A stretch of DNA of 64,000 nucleotides, taken from the NCBI RefSeq assembly GCF_964204645.1, contig NC_134030.1, positions 11,181,947 to 11,245,946 on the forward strand, read 5' to 3'. Positions within the stretch are counted from its first letter, which is position 1, and the number at the start of each line of letters is the position of its first letter. The stretch is from Tubulanus polymorphus. Its lineage: Eukaryota; Animalia; Nemertea. This document shows, piece by piece, positions 37,620 through 52,399 of this stretch. A model generated the notes under the pieces. It was not told the DNA's origin. It was given only the letters and a program-made list of their open reading frames with translations, and did not search any database. Made by a program: the position numbers and the translations under genes.

Positions 37620-38015
37620 AGATTTTATCGAATGCCCATTTTTCTCACATTGTTTATCTTATTTTTTGCCAGAGTTAACCTAAAACGGCGAAAAACAAAT
37701 TTTCTTTGTATGTTGTTCGCAATTGGTAATATATACATGGAGCTAAGTAATGTTAGCAGTGTTTACTTTGTTGACTGAATGAAGGCGTTAGTGAAGAGAA
37801 AAAATGATCTTCCCATCCTCCCCAGCAGGGTGAGTCTCGATGCCATCAAGCTCGTTGGCATCGATACTCGCCCCGCCAAGGTACGAAAGCCTGCAACACC
37901 TGCGCGAGTGCGCAGTTACTACGAACGAAAAACAAGCCGGTGTCCGGGAGAACCACATTATTATCGATCATATTTTCTCTTTACAATTGGTAGTCGACAT
38001 TCCTCAGAAATAATA

Positions 38016-38955
38016 ACTAGGGGTCCAGGGACACCATGCCCACTTGGGAAGTGGTTTCAGACGCCCTATCCAATGACCTTGAAAAATCCAATGACCTTGA
38101 AACTAACCACGATCATAGAACATGTCAGCAGCTACAATTTTGTAATTGAATGTGGTAACAAAATATGCCTAGTTACCAATATGATATGGAAATATGAAGT
38201 AATGCTACTATTCAACGACCCCTGGTGACCAAATGCAAAGCCCAAGCCCTTGCAACTCACCATAATCATAGAACATGTCATGAGCTACAACTTTGTAATT
38301 GATCGTGGTATCAAAATATGCCTAGGTACCAGCAATAATAAGGAAATACTAAATCATTCTACTATTCAACACCCTTTGTGACCATGTGCGAAGCCCAATG
38401 ACCTTGAAATTCACCATAATCATAGAACATGTTATCAGCTACAACTTTGCAATTGATCATGGTAAGAAAATAGGTATAGGTACCAATACAATAAGGAAAT
38501 AATAACTAAGTTATTCTACAATTCAATGCCCCCTGGTGGCCATATACAAAAACCAATGACCTTGAAACTCACCACGATCATAGACCATGTCATGAGCTAC
38601 AACTTTCCAATTGATTATGGTAGCAAAATGTGCATAGGTACGAATATAATATAGAAATACCAAATTATTGTATTGTTCAACGCCCCATTTGTTTGGCCAT
38701 ATACAAAAACCAATGACCTTGGGCCCTTAATAGATACAAATATATACGAACGATCGAGGTAATTGATAGAAGCATCTTCAAATTTCCCTCGAAAACTTCA
38801 AAAATGTGTAAGAAGTGCTGATTTTGGCGAACAACAATGGCTGCCAGTCGGCCATCTTGAATCTGACAGGGCCAGTTTTTGGCCTGAAGATGTGTCTAGG
38901 GTAGATACACGTATAAACCAAATTGAGACATTACCTTGAAGCGTCTTCAAAACTT
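38016..38955 (-). mobile_element. Helentron-associated non-autonomous element (HINE/DINE-1-like) with ~155-bp internal tandem repeats
   Basis: ACTAGGGGTCCAGGGACACCATGCCCACTTGGGA end and about 4 internal repeats; same family at 5170-5290, 41575-41825, 42690-46294 and 59843-60402. Confidence 0.75.
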
Positions 38956-41574
38956 TGTAACTCTCACGAACTATCTAGATGGTTATCTCTCGACCTCAAT
39001 AGCTTCAAGACCCATCTCAAAACAACTTTGTTCCATGCAGCATACCATTAACTCTCGGAAAGCGAATTGGATTTAACATTTTTTGGCAGAATAAAATTTG
39101 ATTGAATTTGTAATTCGAGCACATGGCTAATTAGCATATCAAGGTCATACACCCGATTTGGGAAAAGCTATTTTTTCGCGAACCTTGCGCAATTCTCAAG
39201 GGTGAATTTTCTGTAGAGCAAATAAAAATTCCTCCCAAACACCAAATCAACTAAAGATTTCATAGAAATCGATCTTGAAATACAATTTTAAATCTTAAAA
39301 TAAAACCCGGAAGTAAACAGTAGACGATACCGCGGGTTCACGTGAACACCTGATTTCTGTAAACGAAATGTTGGTTGTGACAAAATTGTTCAGACGGTTT
39401 CAGGTGGTAATTAGTACGGAAACGTAACGACCATGGTCGACTTATTCGATGAAATCAGGCCTATGTGATATCCAAATTTTGACTTTTTTATTCTCCAGAC
39501 CTCCCTGATACAGAAATAAAAAATTTTGGTGGTACGAAAGTGCAATCACAGCGCCGACGGCGACAGAGCCGTGTCAGAGATCGGCGGAGTGAAAATTGAG
39601 GTGGACGAACACGAAGAAGTAGGCTATTGTGCTACTTGAATCGATAAAACTCCTGGCGCGACCCCGACGCTTTTCGTTGATTAAGTAATACAAATATCAT
39701 GCAATGGGTTTTCACAATCTACCGCCGGTACGTATTTACCGGATTTCAATATCACTCCAAAATTCAAAGAAACCTCGAAATATCGAACCGGAACACTTCC
39801 GGTAGATATCCGCGGCTGCCCAACCGGGAAACTTATTTGTTTGAATAGATATTGATAGGATCCATCATCTTCACCCGTCAAGGGATTCGAACCCACCAGA
39901 ATCGGGTCGGGCCAATCACAGCTCTTGTAACAAACCACATTAGGCTTCTGTGGAATTTCCCAGTAAATGGGCCAATCAGCGAACACGTAGCGAACGCGGA
40001 AGTATTGTCGCGTGTTGATACATGACGTCATGCGCAAAAGCGCCAGTAATGAAATCACGATAATTCACGTGAACAGCTGCTGATATTTTCAGATAAACCA
40101 ATCACAGGGAAGACACAACTTCTTGATTGGCTGATAAAAATTGAAATTTTCCCGATTTAATTTTCGTGAAAAATGCAGAAAACATTTTTATGAAACCCTA
40201 TTTCAAAATTCTGCTCGCTACGATTCCGAGAATGGATTACGCTTAAATACGTGATTTGTTCGAATATGCCCTCACTTGGCAAGCAAAATGGCCTTTTGTG
40301 TGGAAACCATGTCATTTTAATTCGCTCCATTTGTAAAGCAATAGGCTCAGCCTACGGCTGGCCTAAAATGAGTAGGAGGCCATTCAAAGTTAAAACGTTT
40401 TTAGTTAGTTCTCTTGAGACAGACTTCAAGTGGATTTAGGGGTTAGACTAGTCCTTCCCTTCAGAATTTGAATGTGCCCGCCAAAAAAGTATTTGAATAG
40501 ATTTTCTAAGCAAAAATAAATGCAAATGGCATAAACATACCCCTTTCGGTCCTATATAAACGAAGGGCCAAAAGAACCCCACCAATGTTGCCCTTGCACT
40601 TAGACAACCTTAAAATAATAAAAGTAGTCACGAAGTAATAATGGCAAGTTGAGTAAAATATTTACTAAACAAATTTTATAAGGATATGATCTGTAGTCAA
40701 AATTTGACATTTAATGTGTGTCTGCCAGATGATGTTTCTTCTAGGCTGTTTATACCCTAAAAATAATAAATTTTTATACAAGTCCCCCTAGACAACAATT
40801 ATTTCAGAGTCTATAAAACATGAATACTTGAATGTACAATCTAATGGCATAGCTGGCTTCAGTTTTTAAAAAAATCATTCGATAAAACGGCATATTTTTA
40901 CTTAAAAATAATCAAAAAAGTTTTGGGGCCAAAAAATTGGAATTTGTTGTCAGGTTTGTTTAAACATGTGCGCGATGCACGTGGTTATATCATTGTTTAC
41001 ATCTGACGTGATCGGCATATCGCAAGCCCCGCCCCACGTATCAATCAAATGGTGCATGGGCAAAATGTTAAAAGAACCCTACTAAAAAACTATGCAGTGT
41101 TACAATCGTTAAGGCGTGCGTGAATGTTGAGCGGACCATTGCGATAATTTTCAACGCTGTGAACATATCAGAGGGCCCCTGTGTACTCACACGGAATTAA
41201 CTTAAGTCACCATATGTTGACACTCACCTTTAGACTGCATACGAGCCTCTAAAGTTAACATCCACGATATAACGATTTTAAGAATGGCGCTTCTGTCAAT
41301 CATCACTACACCCTACGTCATCAGCAACACGTGATGCGTGATGTCAAGTAAACGGCGTGAAGAGCATTTTTCCAGGAGGGCACGGCAAAAATTTCCCAAC
41401 TCTCTTAAACCAAATTTAATCCCAACTTGAAGACACCATTTCTAATGCGAAATGTGTGGAAATGTCTAACTTAAGTGGCTTTAAAACGACCTAAAACGTC
41501 TGTCAACAAAATCGGAAGTGCGTCATCAACCGGCAAACCGATCACATAAGGACGTTCGTCTAACGAACGTCCTA

Positions 41575-41825
41575 GAAACGTGTAAAAAGTGCTGATTTTG
41601 GAGAAAAACAATGGCTGCCATTGATTCTGACAGGACCAGTTTTTGGGCTGAAGATGTGTCAAGGGTAGATACATGTGTTACCCAAATATCAAGTCATTAC
41701 ATTGAAGCGTCTTCAAAACTTCCCAAAATAACTGGAGTCCGTCTACGGACGGACGGACGAACGAATGGACGAAGGACGAAAAGTGAACGCAATAGCCCGC
41801 TGTGACTGAAGTCCCAAGTGGGCTA
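41575..41825 (-). mobile_element. HINE terminal fragment
   Basis: (GGAC)n microsatellite followed by a TAGCCC..GGGCTA hairpin. Confidence 0.75.
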
Positions 41826-42689
41826 GAAAACATTAAGATTCAATCAAAAGTCAAGAAAATTATAATTTGCAGAGACTCCTCACTCGAAAATATTTTCTCG
41901 CTATGAAACAAGCCGAATCTGAATAATTAAAAAGTTTATTTAACCATTTCCTTTATGTATTCAAAGATTGAAATTTCTAATTGTATTTAATCAACCTAAC
42001 GACCTATATAGGCCTGAAGGTGTATATTCACTACTTCTACGTAATGTAGTTGGCACCGTTACATTTTGACATCAAAAGCGGAAAACAATAAATCACCAAG
42101 ATTATCGTACGATTTCACGTGCGACGTTGAATCCGTTATTACCACAGTTTGAATTGATTTGAATGATCCGATGCGTAGGCAGTATACTTGTTAATTAATG
42201 GAAGCATGATTTTAGATGAATTTACAAATAGTTCAATAACATCATTCAAAGCGCAAAATCCCTTGCTTCACGAAAAGACCATTGATTATTGTATTATTGA
42301 AGTCTCCTCCGCAACTCCGGATCTGGAAAAACCAAAAAGCAATTTAAAAACAACTTACTCCATTAAGCCAATACGGAAATTATTATGTATTCGAATTATC
42401 TTTCCCTGATTTTCGATGTCGGAATAAAATGTATGCATTAACTACTAGATGGATTTTAGATGACATGCTTTACAATTCGCAATCGCACTCACTCTTCACC
42501 CATCACCCTACCTGCTTGTGTTAATTGTGGTAAACCGTCCACTTCATTTTTGCAGAATTCAACGGCTAAAAGGATAGACAATATATATGCACAATTAGCG
42601 TTACTCTTTATACAACAAACTGCTAGAAAATCTAACTTACTTATTTCGCGTAATATCTCCTCGAACTTCTTGCCTGAAATCGAGAACAA

Positions 42690-45600
42690 ACTAGGGGTCC
42701 AGGGACACCATGCCCACTTGGGAAGTGGTTTCAAATGCTCAAAAATTGTAATATTCAACGCCCCCTGGTGACCATATACAAAACCAATGACCTTGAAACT
42801 AACCACAATCATAGAACATGTCAGCAGCTACGATTTTGTAATTGATTGTGATAACAAAATATGCCTCGTTACCAATTTAATATGCAAATACAAAGTTATT
42901 CTACTATTCAACGCCCCCTGGTGACCATATTCAAAACCCAATGTCCTTGACATGTCATGAGCTACAACTTTGCAATTGGTCATGGTAACAAAATTTGCCT
43001 AGGTACCAATATAATAAGGAAATACTAAGTTATTCTATTATTCAACGCCCCCTAGTGGCCATATAAAATAACTTATGTCCTTGAAACTCACCACAATCAT
43101 AGACGATGTCATGAGCTACAACTTTGCAATTGATTAAACTAACAAAATATGCATTGGTACAAATATAATATAGAAATACTAAGATATTGTATTATTCAAC
43201 GCCCCCAGGTGGCAATATACAAAAGCCAATGAACTCGAAACTCACCACAATCATAGAACACGTCATAAGCTACAAATTTCTTATTCATTATGGTTACAAA
43301 ATATGCTTAGGCATCAATGTAATGTCGAAAAACTTTTTCCCACCTACGAATGAGTACTGATGACACCAAGATGGCCGCCAATTGCGTCATAATTGGCTGA
43401 TCAAAAATACCTATCCCAGGTATAAAACATCCCTTTCCAAAGAATACCCATCAGCAATTGCAATGAGAAATAGCAGAGCATTAGGAAGGTACATGACTCA
43501 GAATTCGGGCCAAAATTGACATTTTTGGGCACTTAAATGGTCATAGGACGGCCATCTTGAGTCCGATCGACCCAATTTTTGTTGTGCTGATGGGCCCTGG
43601 GGGGGGGGGGGGGGTTCAAGTATATACGAAAGAGCAATTACCTTATATGTGTTTTTGAACTTTTTGAAGGAAATTTTGAAGAAGCTTTGATCAAAGCTTC
43701 TTCAAAATTTCCCTCAAAAAGTTCAAAAACATGTAACTAGGGGTCCAGGGACACCATGCCCACTTGGAAAGTGGTTTCAAATGCTCAACAATATAACAAT
43801 TTCAACATTCAACGCCCCCTGGTGACCATTTACAAAAAACAATGACCTTGAAACTCACCACAATCATAGAACATGTCAACAGCTACGATTTTGTAATTGA
43901 TTGTGATAACAAAATATGCCTCGTTACCAATTTAATATGGAAATACTAAGTCATTCTACTATTCAACGCCCCTGGTGACCATATTCAAAACCCAATGACC
44001 TCGAAACTCACCACAATCATAGAACATGTCATGAACTACAACTTTGCAATTGATCATGGTAACAAAATATGCCTAGGTATCAATATAATTAGGAAATACT
44101 AAGTTATTCTACTATTCAACGCCCCCTGGTGACCATATAGAAAAACTTATGTCCTTAAAACTCGCAACAATCATAGATGATGTCATGAGCTACAACTTTG
44201 CAATTGATTAAACTAACAAAATATGCATTGGTACAAATATAATATAGAAATACTAAGATATTGTATTATTCAACGCCCCCAGGTGGCAATATACAAAAGC
44301 CAATGAACTCGAAACTCACCACAATCATAGAACACGTCATAAGCTACAAATTTCTTATTCATTATGGTTACAAAATATGCTTAGGTATCAATGTAATGTC
44401 GAAAAACTTTTTCCCACCTACGAATGAGTACTGATGACACCAAGATGGCCGCCAATTGCGTCATAATTGGCTGATCAAAAATACCTATCCCAGGTATAAA
44501 ACATCCCTTTCCAAAGAATACCCATCAGCAATTGCAATGAGAAATAGCAGAGCATTAGGAAGGTACATGACTCAGAATTCGGGCCAAAATTGACATTTTT
44601 GGGCACTTAAATGGTCATAGGACGGCCATCTTGAGTCCGATCGACCCAATTTTTGTTGTGCTGATGGGCCCTGGGGGGGGGGGGGGTTCAAGTATATACG
44701 AAAGAGCAATTACCTTATATGTGTTTTTGAACTTTTTGAAGGAAATTTTGAAGAAGCTTTGATCAAAGCTTCTTCAAAATTTCCCTCAAAAAGTTCAAAA
44801 ACATGTAACTAGGGGTCCAGGGACACCATGCCCACTTGGAAAGTGGTTTCAAATGCTCAACAATATAACAATTTCAACATTCAACGCCCCCTGGTGACCA
44901 TTTACAAAAAACAATGACCTTGAAACTCACCACAATCATAGAACATGTCAACAGCTACGATTTTGTAATTGATTGTGATAACAAAATATGCCTCGTTACC
45001 AATTTAATATGGAAATACTAAGTCATTCTACTATTCAACGCCCCTGGTGACCATATTCAAAACCCAATGACCTCGAAACTCACCACAATCATAGAACATG
45101 TCATGAACTACAACTTTGCAATTGATCATGGTAACAAAATATGCCTAGGTATCAATATAATTAGGAAATACTAAGTTATTCTACTATTCAACGCCCCCTG
45201 GTGACCATATAGAAAAACTTATGTCCTTAAAACTCGCAACAATCATAGATGATGTCATGAGCTACAACTTTCCAATTGATTGTGGTTACAAAATATGCAT
45301 AGGTACGAATATAATAAAGAAATGCTAAGATATTGTATTATTCAACGCCCCCTGGTGGCCATATACGAAATCCAATTACCTTGAAACTCACCACAATCAT
45401 AGAACACGTTATGAGCTACAACTTTCTAATCGATTGTGGTATCAAAATACGCTTAGGTATCAATATAATGTGGAAAAACTTTTTCCCACTTACGAAAGAG
45501 TACTGGTGACACCAAGATGGTCGCCAATTGCGTCATAATTGGCTGATGAAAAATACCTGTCTCAGTTATAAAACATCCCTTTCCAAAGAATACCAATCAC

Positions 45601-46294
45601 AAATTGTAATGAGAAATGGCAAACCAGTAGGAAGCTACAGGACTCTAATTGACATTTTTGGGCACTAAAAAGGTCATAGGACGGCCATCTTGAGTCCGAC
45701 CGACCCAATTTTTGTTATGTTGATGGGCCCTGGGGGGATTCACATATATCCGAAAGATCAAGGTAATTGATCAAAGCGTCTTCAAATTTTCCCTCAAAAA
45801 GTTCAAAATGTGTAAAAAGTGCTGATTTTGACGAACAACAATGGCTGCCAGTCGGCCATCTTGATTCTGACAGGGCCAGTTTTTGGGCTGAAGATGTGTC
45901 TAGGGTAGATACATGTGTAACCCAAATATCAAGACGTTACCTTGAAGTGTCTTCAAAACTTCCCAATATAACTGGATTCCGTCTACGGACGGACGGACGA
46001 ACGGACGGACGGACAGACGGACGAAAAGTGAACGCAATAGCCCGCTGGGACTAAAGTCCCAAGTGGGCTAAAAAGTGCTGATTTTAGCGATTAACAATGG
46101 CTGCCAGTCGGCCATCTTGATTCTGACAGGGCCAGTTTTCGGGCTGAAGATGTGTCTAGGTTAGATACATGTGTAACCCAAATATCAAGACATTACATTG
46201 AAGCGTCTTCAAAACTTCCCAAAATAACTGGATTCCGTCTACGGACGAAAAGTGAACGCAATAGCCCGCTGGGACTTAAGTCCCAAGTGGGCTA
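42690..46294 (-). mobile_element. Head-to-tail array of HINE copies (starts at 42690, 43736 and 44808) with duplicated terminal segment
   Basis: Near-identical period of ~1.07 kb; subterminal IR GCCCACTTGGGA/TCCCAAGTGGGC; (GACG)n; terminal hairpin. Confidence 0.85.
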
Positions 46295-46381
46295 AAAATG
46301 TATGAACGCATTCTAAAAAATACTTTGTGAAAATGTTAAGAAAATGACGTTCGGTCCAAAATGACTAAAAAATGGCGATAA

Positions 46382-46392
46382 ATACATACATA

Positions 46393-46448
<56 letters not shown>

Positions 46449-46450
46449 CA
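46382..46450. repeat. (ATAC)n(GCAC)n(AC)n microsatellite
   Basis: Visible directly. Confidence 0.95.
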
Positions 46451-48246
46451 TTATTACGGTCCAAATAGGCGGAGTCATCTGTATACAGAAACTGCCGATC
46501 TGATATCTTTGTACATGTGTATTACATAACGCTTCTCTCTTTTCACTAGATTAAAAGTAAGTTTGTGAGGTTTTTCTTTCTTTCTTGGGTCCTAACCCTC
46601 AAGGGACGGCCCGTTGGCTTTGTTAGGCTTGCATGATTTGTATTACCTTTGACGTTGTCATTTCGTAGTTTTTTCACTTTTTCACCTAGAAGATCGAATG
46701 ACAATAACTAGAACCAGACACATATCTAACACAACAATGAGTCCACTATGGACATGTTTAGTTAGTTGCTATCTATTATCAAACTTTGCTACCAACCTTT
46801 GAACTTATCCACCCTTTCTAAAATGTATTTCACTGAAATATAAAAAAAAAGAAAAATATCTGGCATCTACAACTACGTCAACAATTTCATTTACTTGACA
46901 CGTTTTAAGTCAAATGCCCTCTATATAGGATATTTTTGAAAATTCATGTGTATGTATTATAATGGGAAACATTTACAATTGATAGATATATATGGTGATT
47001 TGAATTGTAGTTCAACTAGTACTGAAATTGAGACTTCAAACAATTTCTGTTGGTACGTATACACAGCAGTTCGGCGTACTTTTTTGCTTTGCTCGTCAAA
47101 CACTGTCTAAACAAAACTAGATCTACGTCGGAATAAGAACAATAAACTTAGCTTAACATAGATACATTCTAAAACAGTTCTTGATGAGATAAGCGCTATA
47201 CCGTATATCAATCTAACGGTTTCCAGTCTATCATTCTACACCACGAACCAATATAATCCTTCATGGGATCCTATCCTTTGGAAATTTCTTGAAAATTTCT
47301 CAATTCTATGTATAATATAATAGCCGCACTCAGACAAGTACGGGAGTCCTGTCGACATGAGAAAAGATGATTTTGTTCTGATTTATGAATTAAGAAAATA
47401 AATTCAGGTATTTTCTGATGAGATATAACCCATTAGAAAATCGATATATTAATTGAAATAACGTTTGCCCATATACCGACGAGATATATCTTGTCGAAAA
47501 ATCTAAATCATTAAATCATAAATACATTCCAAATTATTAAACAGTGCCTTCCTGGGCCATCTTTTCGAATAAAAAAACATTCGTTCGATTTTCGAATTCA
47601 AAAACAGAAATACGTGCGATTTTCGAATAAAGAAAACGAAATATATATTCGATCTATGAACAAAAATCTTGTCACCCGGAGTACCGAGCACAACACACAA
47701 TACGGATGGACTCTTAACGAATCCATTATGGTTCACTCATGGGTTTTTGTGTGTACTTGGCCCTGATCACGGCTTAGTCGAAGAACGTATTACTGGAGGA
47801 CGATTGAGTAGACAAATAGATTATTACCGAGTTTTTACAGACTTGACTGGTTGTATTTTTCCTCGATCCGACTATACATAAACTAGGTACTATCTACATA
47901 AACATGTATATACGAAACTATTATTTCGAAACTAAACCCCGCAAACAATAAAGGGCATTTGACCTATGCTTCGATTGCTTGATCCAAAATCAAGATTTCC
48001 TTACCCACTTTTTCCGTGCTGAACTTTTCTTTAGTGTTGAAGAGAATGAAAAGTAGAAAATGGATGACATATTTCAACAGCTACTCATGAAACGTGTTAT
48101 TATGCATGGATTTAGGTCTGCCATATCAAGTTGATTATTCTGATCAAGTACAGTAGCTATATCCATCTAAGTGCAACACTTACCCGATAGCAAATGGAGT
48201 TTAGTTCCAATAGACCCTGAAGAATTATATTTATAATGAAAGTGAA

Positions 48247-48349
<103 letters not shown>

Positions 48350-50046
48350 TGGTGGAAGCGAGCCTGTGTTTCAAAATCGATGAGATGATCTTACGCTGGT
48401 TCGAAGAAACAATATCTAGTTAAAACTAATCAATTATCGATTTCATATTTTGACAGAAACCTCTAACTTTCATGACCAATGGCTTACCTTTATTAGTATG
48501 TAGATAGTCTTTAGCTGTGGTCATGGCAGTTTTCTCTAAAAAGGATACTTATCGTTAACCGTGTTTAACTGATGACGATCATGTTTGTATGATGAACATG
48601 AATGTCAAACGAATGATAAATGATCGATTCGTTTTAATTAGAAACTTTGATTATTGGGCACAGAAAAAAGTGCATTCTTACCAGCAGTATCATCGGTCTC
48701 TGAAACCAATTTTCATAGATAAATTACATTGTTTAATATTAAAAACTTTTCGAGATACCTTGATTAATAGTTGGAACAGGCGGAAACTTACGTGACAAAT
48801 AAATCATTCCCCGTGCTTCTATTATTTCTGAAGAGAAGAAACACCCGAAATGAGACCAGCAACACCCAATGCACAATTACTACTATAACACACTATTTCG
48901 ACCTAAAAGTAACTTTACCTGGTGGACAATTATCAACTACGTCAATGGCAGGCCGATAAAGCTCCCGCAGTTTCTTCTCCAATTCTAGATATGAAAAACA
49001 TTTACCAAAACGGATTTAAAACTCACTACCAATAAATGTGTACGAATAGATACCAGTTGGCCAAAAGATCGTTAGAATTAACTAGTGGATAGTTGACATA
49101 GTGGCAATTAAAATTTCATTGTTACTATGGTATTTATCCGTTGATTATCTTTAACCAACCTTTGAGCAACTGACTCCAGGATCCAGTTTCAAAGTTGTGC
49201 GTTCAGATTTGACTTAGTTATAACTCATAGAAAATGAACTGATTTTAACTCAAAGTCAACTCTAACTCACAATTTTGGAGCTAGATACAGTAAAATAAAA
49301 AGCAACACATTTTGTACCTTTGTTATGATACATATTATCGCATCGAAAATCAAAGTTGTAATCTGAAATACAAATGGACAGTGGTGAATTATGCTCGCGG
49401 CGTTTTCTAGAGACAAAGTTTAATCATAGCATTTTACCAAGTTCTGCGATGGCATTTTTGACCAATTCTGAAAGAAAAATATAAGAAGATAATGAGCGTT
49501 ATATAGTCATATAGTGACAAATAATCACCCCAAAAAATCAATTTCAAGGAAACTGTATATAGAACACATAGGTCCACTAACCTTGAACCTAAGAAATTTA
49601 CGGCGAACTAATGAGCATTCACATCGATTAAGATGGAAATCGACTACTGCAATTTACAGATTAAATTTTAAAATCGAAACTCGAAAATCTAAATGATACG
49701 ACGTTTCGAACTAATAGAGATCCTCGTCAGACGAAGGTGATGATGATCCCAATTAGTGCGCGTTCGAAACGTCGCGCATTAGGCGTCATCATGTCTCAGT
49801 CTCAGTCGCAGCCGAGGGATATCAGAGCGTCATGACGAAATTCAAGCAAACAGAACAATGCTTCCCACACGATTCCCTTGCAAACACGTGATCACTACGG
49901 ACGAGCCCGTGACGAAATAGAGAATGAGCATTATTTACAACCTAAACAATACAAGTTCACCTGTTCGGTGTTTTCTATATGCAATTGCGTAAAATTCATC
50001 GGCATATTCATATGCACGTTTTATTGACCAAAATAAGCACTGGTGT

Positions 50047-50170
50047 GAGATATTGACTAAAACCAGGGGTATATATACGGAGAACAGGTTAATTAAGTAA
50101 AATTGAGTTAATTTTACTCAAATTACCTGTTTTCCTCTGTATATATACCAGTTTTTAGTCAATATCTCAT
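50047..50170. repeat. ~124-bp imperfect foldback hairpin
   Basis: TGAGATATTGACTAAAA..GTATATATAC..CAGGT / ACCTG..GTATATATAC..TTTTAGTCAATATCTCA. Confidence 0.8.
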
Positions 50171-50623
50171 ACCTTTTTACCAATATCTCATATCTCATGT
50201 TTTGTGACTTTCTCAAAATGCATCAAAAATTGAACTAATTTTTGGTTCATAAGTCTTCAAATATTCATAAATGAACAGTTGATAGACATCGTGCGCATGC
50301 GCGAAGGGGAAAGGCTGTCTGCTAACAGCTCCGATCAATTTCGGATTTTTGGACCGTAAAACTAGCTAACGGACTGTGTATTCACTACATATTATCAGAT
50401 TCGGCCCAAGGAACCATCAGAAATTGCTGAAGCGCTGCGACAACGTAAATTGGTTGCATTTGCAGTAGTTTTAAGTCGGTTAGAGACGTTGATTTTGACA
50501 CTTGGCAACACGTGTGTTTACACCGGAAGTAAACAAACCAGCGCTCACAGAAATCCATACGCAGAGGAAATAGGACAACTTCATTTCATTATTAACTGAC
50601 AAGTTAGCCGTTTGAAACCAACT

Positions 50624-52218
50624 ATGATGGCTTCGGGATTAAACGAAGGGAATAAGTATTCAATACGTAATAATGAAGCTAACGAAACGAACAGTATTGA
50701 CGAAATAAACATTTTGGATGTTTCAAGTAGCAACCAGGTGGTGCTAGCGTCGATTCGCGAAAACCAGGAAAACTCTAAAAATTCACGTAGGACATCGCTA
50801 GCACTGGAGCTATCAAATCATCAGGACGCGGCAGGTACATCGAATGTTTACTATTGTTCACCTACTAACACCACTACTAACAACACATCCCCCAGTACCG
50901 TTGTTACTAATACACTACTAAATCCGACTCACGACGACTGGCCCGATGATAACAACAGAAATGAAGAGTGGCAGGATGACTGGAGATCCGAGGGGGACGA
51001 TAGCTCTGATCCCGAACACTTGACCACGCCAAAATTGAAGAATCAACAGAGAGTCAAATATCACCTCTCCGGTTCCTCACGTACTAGACAGTTCATCAGA
51101 CCGCAGCAAGGGATATCATCTACATCAGCTAGTTTCAGTAGACCAACATATCTGGCAGCTGAATCGGATACACCGATAGGGTTCTCCCCGATAACTAAGA
51201 TAAGAATATCCAAAAACACTTCAAACATGCCAGAAAACAGTATGGATATTGAGATCGGGCCCCATAAAGGAGACAAACCCATCCAGCAAGCTAGTAAAAA
51301 AAGGAAGATGAATATATGTCTATCTTGTGGGGACAGTGGACGCAATATCAGTTGTTCGATATGTCAAGGCAACTGGTGCGAAACCTGCGTCAGAACGATG
51401 TACGAAGATTTTGACCTGAAAAATTTGATGTGCTTCATCTGCAAGCCATGCAAGGAGGATCTTCCTAACCTAAGCAGAACAAGAAATGAGTTTAGTCCTG
51501 AAATTACCGGTACTCATAGTTTCTCACCGGAGGACTTAGCTTGCATGAAAGATATTTTCAAAGCTGGAATCAAAGAGGTTGCCGATCAAAAAGTAGACAA
51601 GGACGACTTCAAGCAACTTCTAACTGAATTCAGTAAGCTCAACACAAAGGTTGAAACGATGAGCACAAACCTTGAAAAGTCTGGGACCAAGAGGATACAG
51701 GAAATTGAAGAGAAAGTAACACAAAATATAGAAAGCGATATTTGTGATATAACCGATAGTATCCTGGAGTCAAGACAGAGACGTACCCACCTGATCCTGT
51801 ACAACGTCCCCGAATGCAATGACCCGGACTGGAAAGTTAGATTAAAAACAGATAGTGATGCTGTCGAACGATTTCTCACTATTACTCTGGGAGCATCAGT
51901 CGAAAAACCAAAGCACCTGATGAGATTGGGATCCCAACGTACAGACGGGTCAGACAGACCTCTTAGAGTAATATTGAATACGGAATGGGAAAAAGATTCA
52001 TGCTTAGATCGCTATCTCAACAAACTTCGATAAAATAGGGATACTTTAGGAAATATCAGAATGAGCGAAAATAAATCAAAACTAGAAATGAAAAAGTACA
52101 AGATACTACGTGACGAACTCCAAAGAAGACAGCAAAATGGGGAGAAAAACTTGACAATCAGAAATTACCGAATAGTTGAACAACGAGCCAACAACAGGAG
52201 AGATAACAGCTTTCGATA
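50624..52218 (+). pseudogene. LINE ORF1: PHD-like finger, coiled coil and RRM-like region; premature stop at 52031-52033
   Basis: CLSC..CSIC...WCETC..CKPC; RRTHLILYNVPE..RLG..RPLRVIL; frame continues after the TAA (ELQRRQQNGEKNLTIR). Confidence 0.8.
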
Positions 52219-52399
52219 AAAGGGATGTAGACCAACAGCCAATCAAAGTTTGCATCCCAGAAAACACCAGAAAAATTTACAAAAATCAGGACGATCAAAA
52301 AACGCATGAAACGAAAACTGAAAAAATTCATAAAATTCGAGATAATAAATTCCAAGTAATCGAACGGAACTCCAATCAAAACGCCAGTCGACAAATTCA

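Noticed and set aside
37779-42812. ORFs 37779, 39681, 42188, 42460 and 42489
   Set aside because: No recognisable motifs; several read into HINE repeats
48568-48612. CTGATGA hammerhead candidate
   Set aside because: No GAAA core after the hairpin
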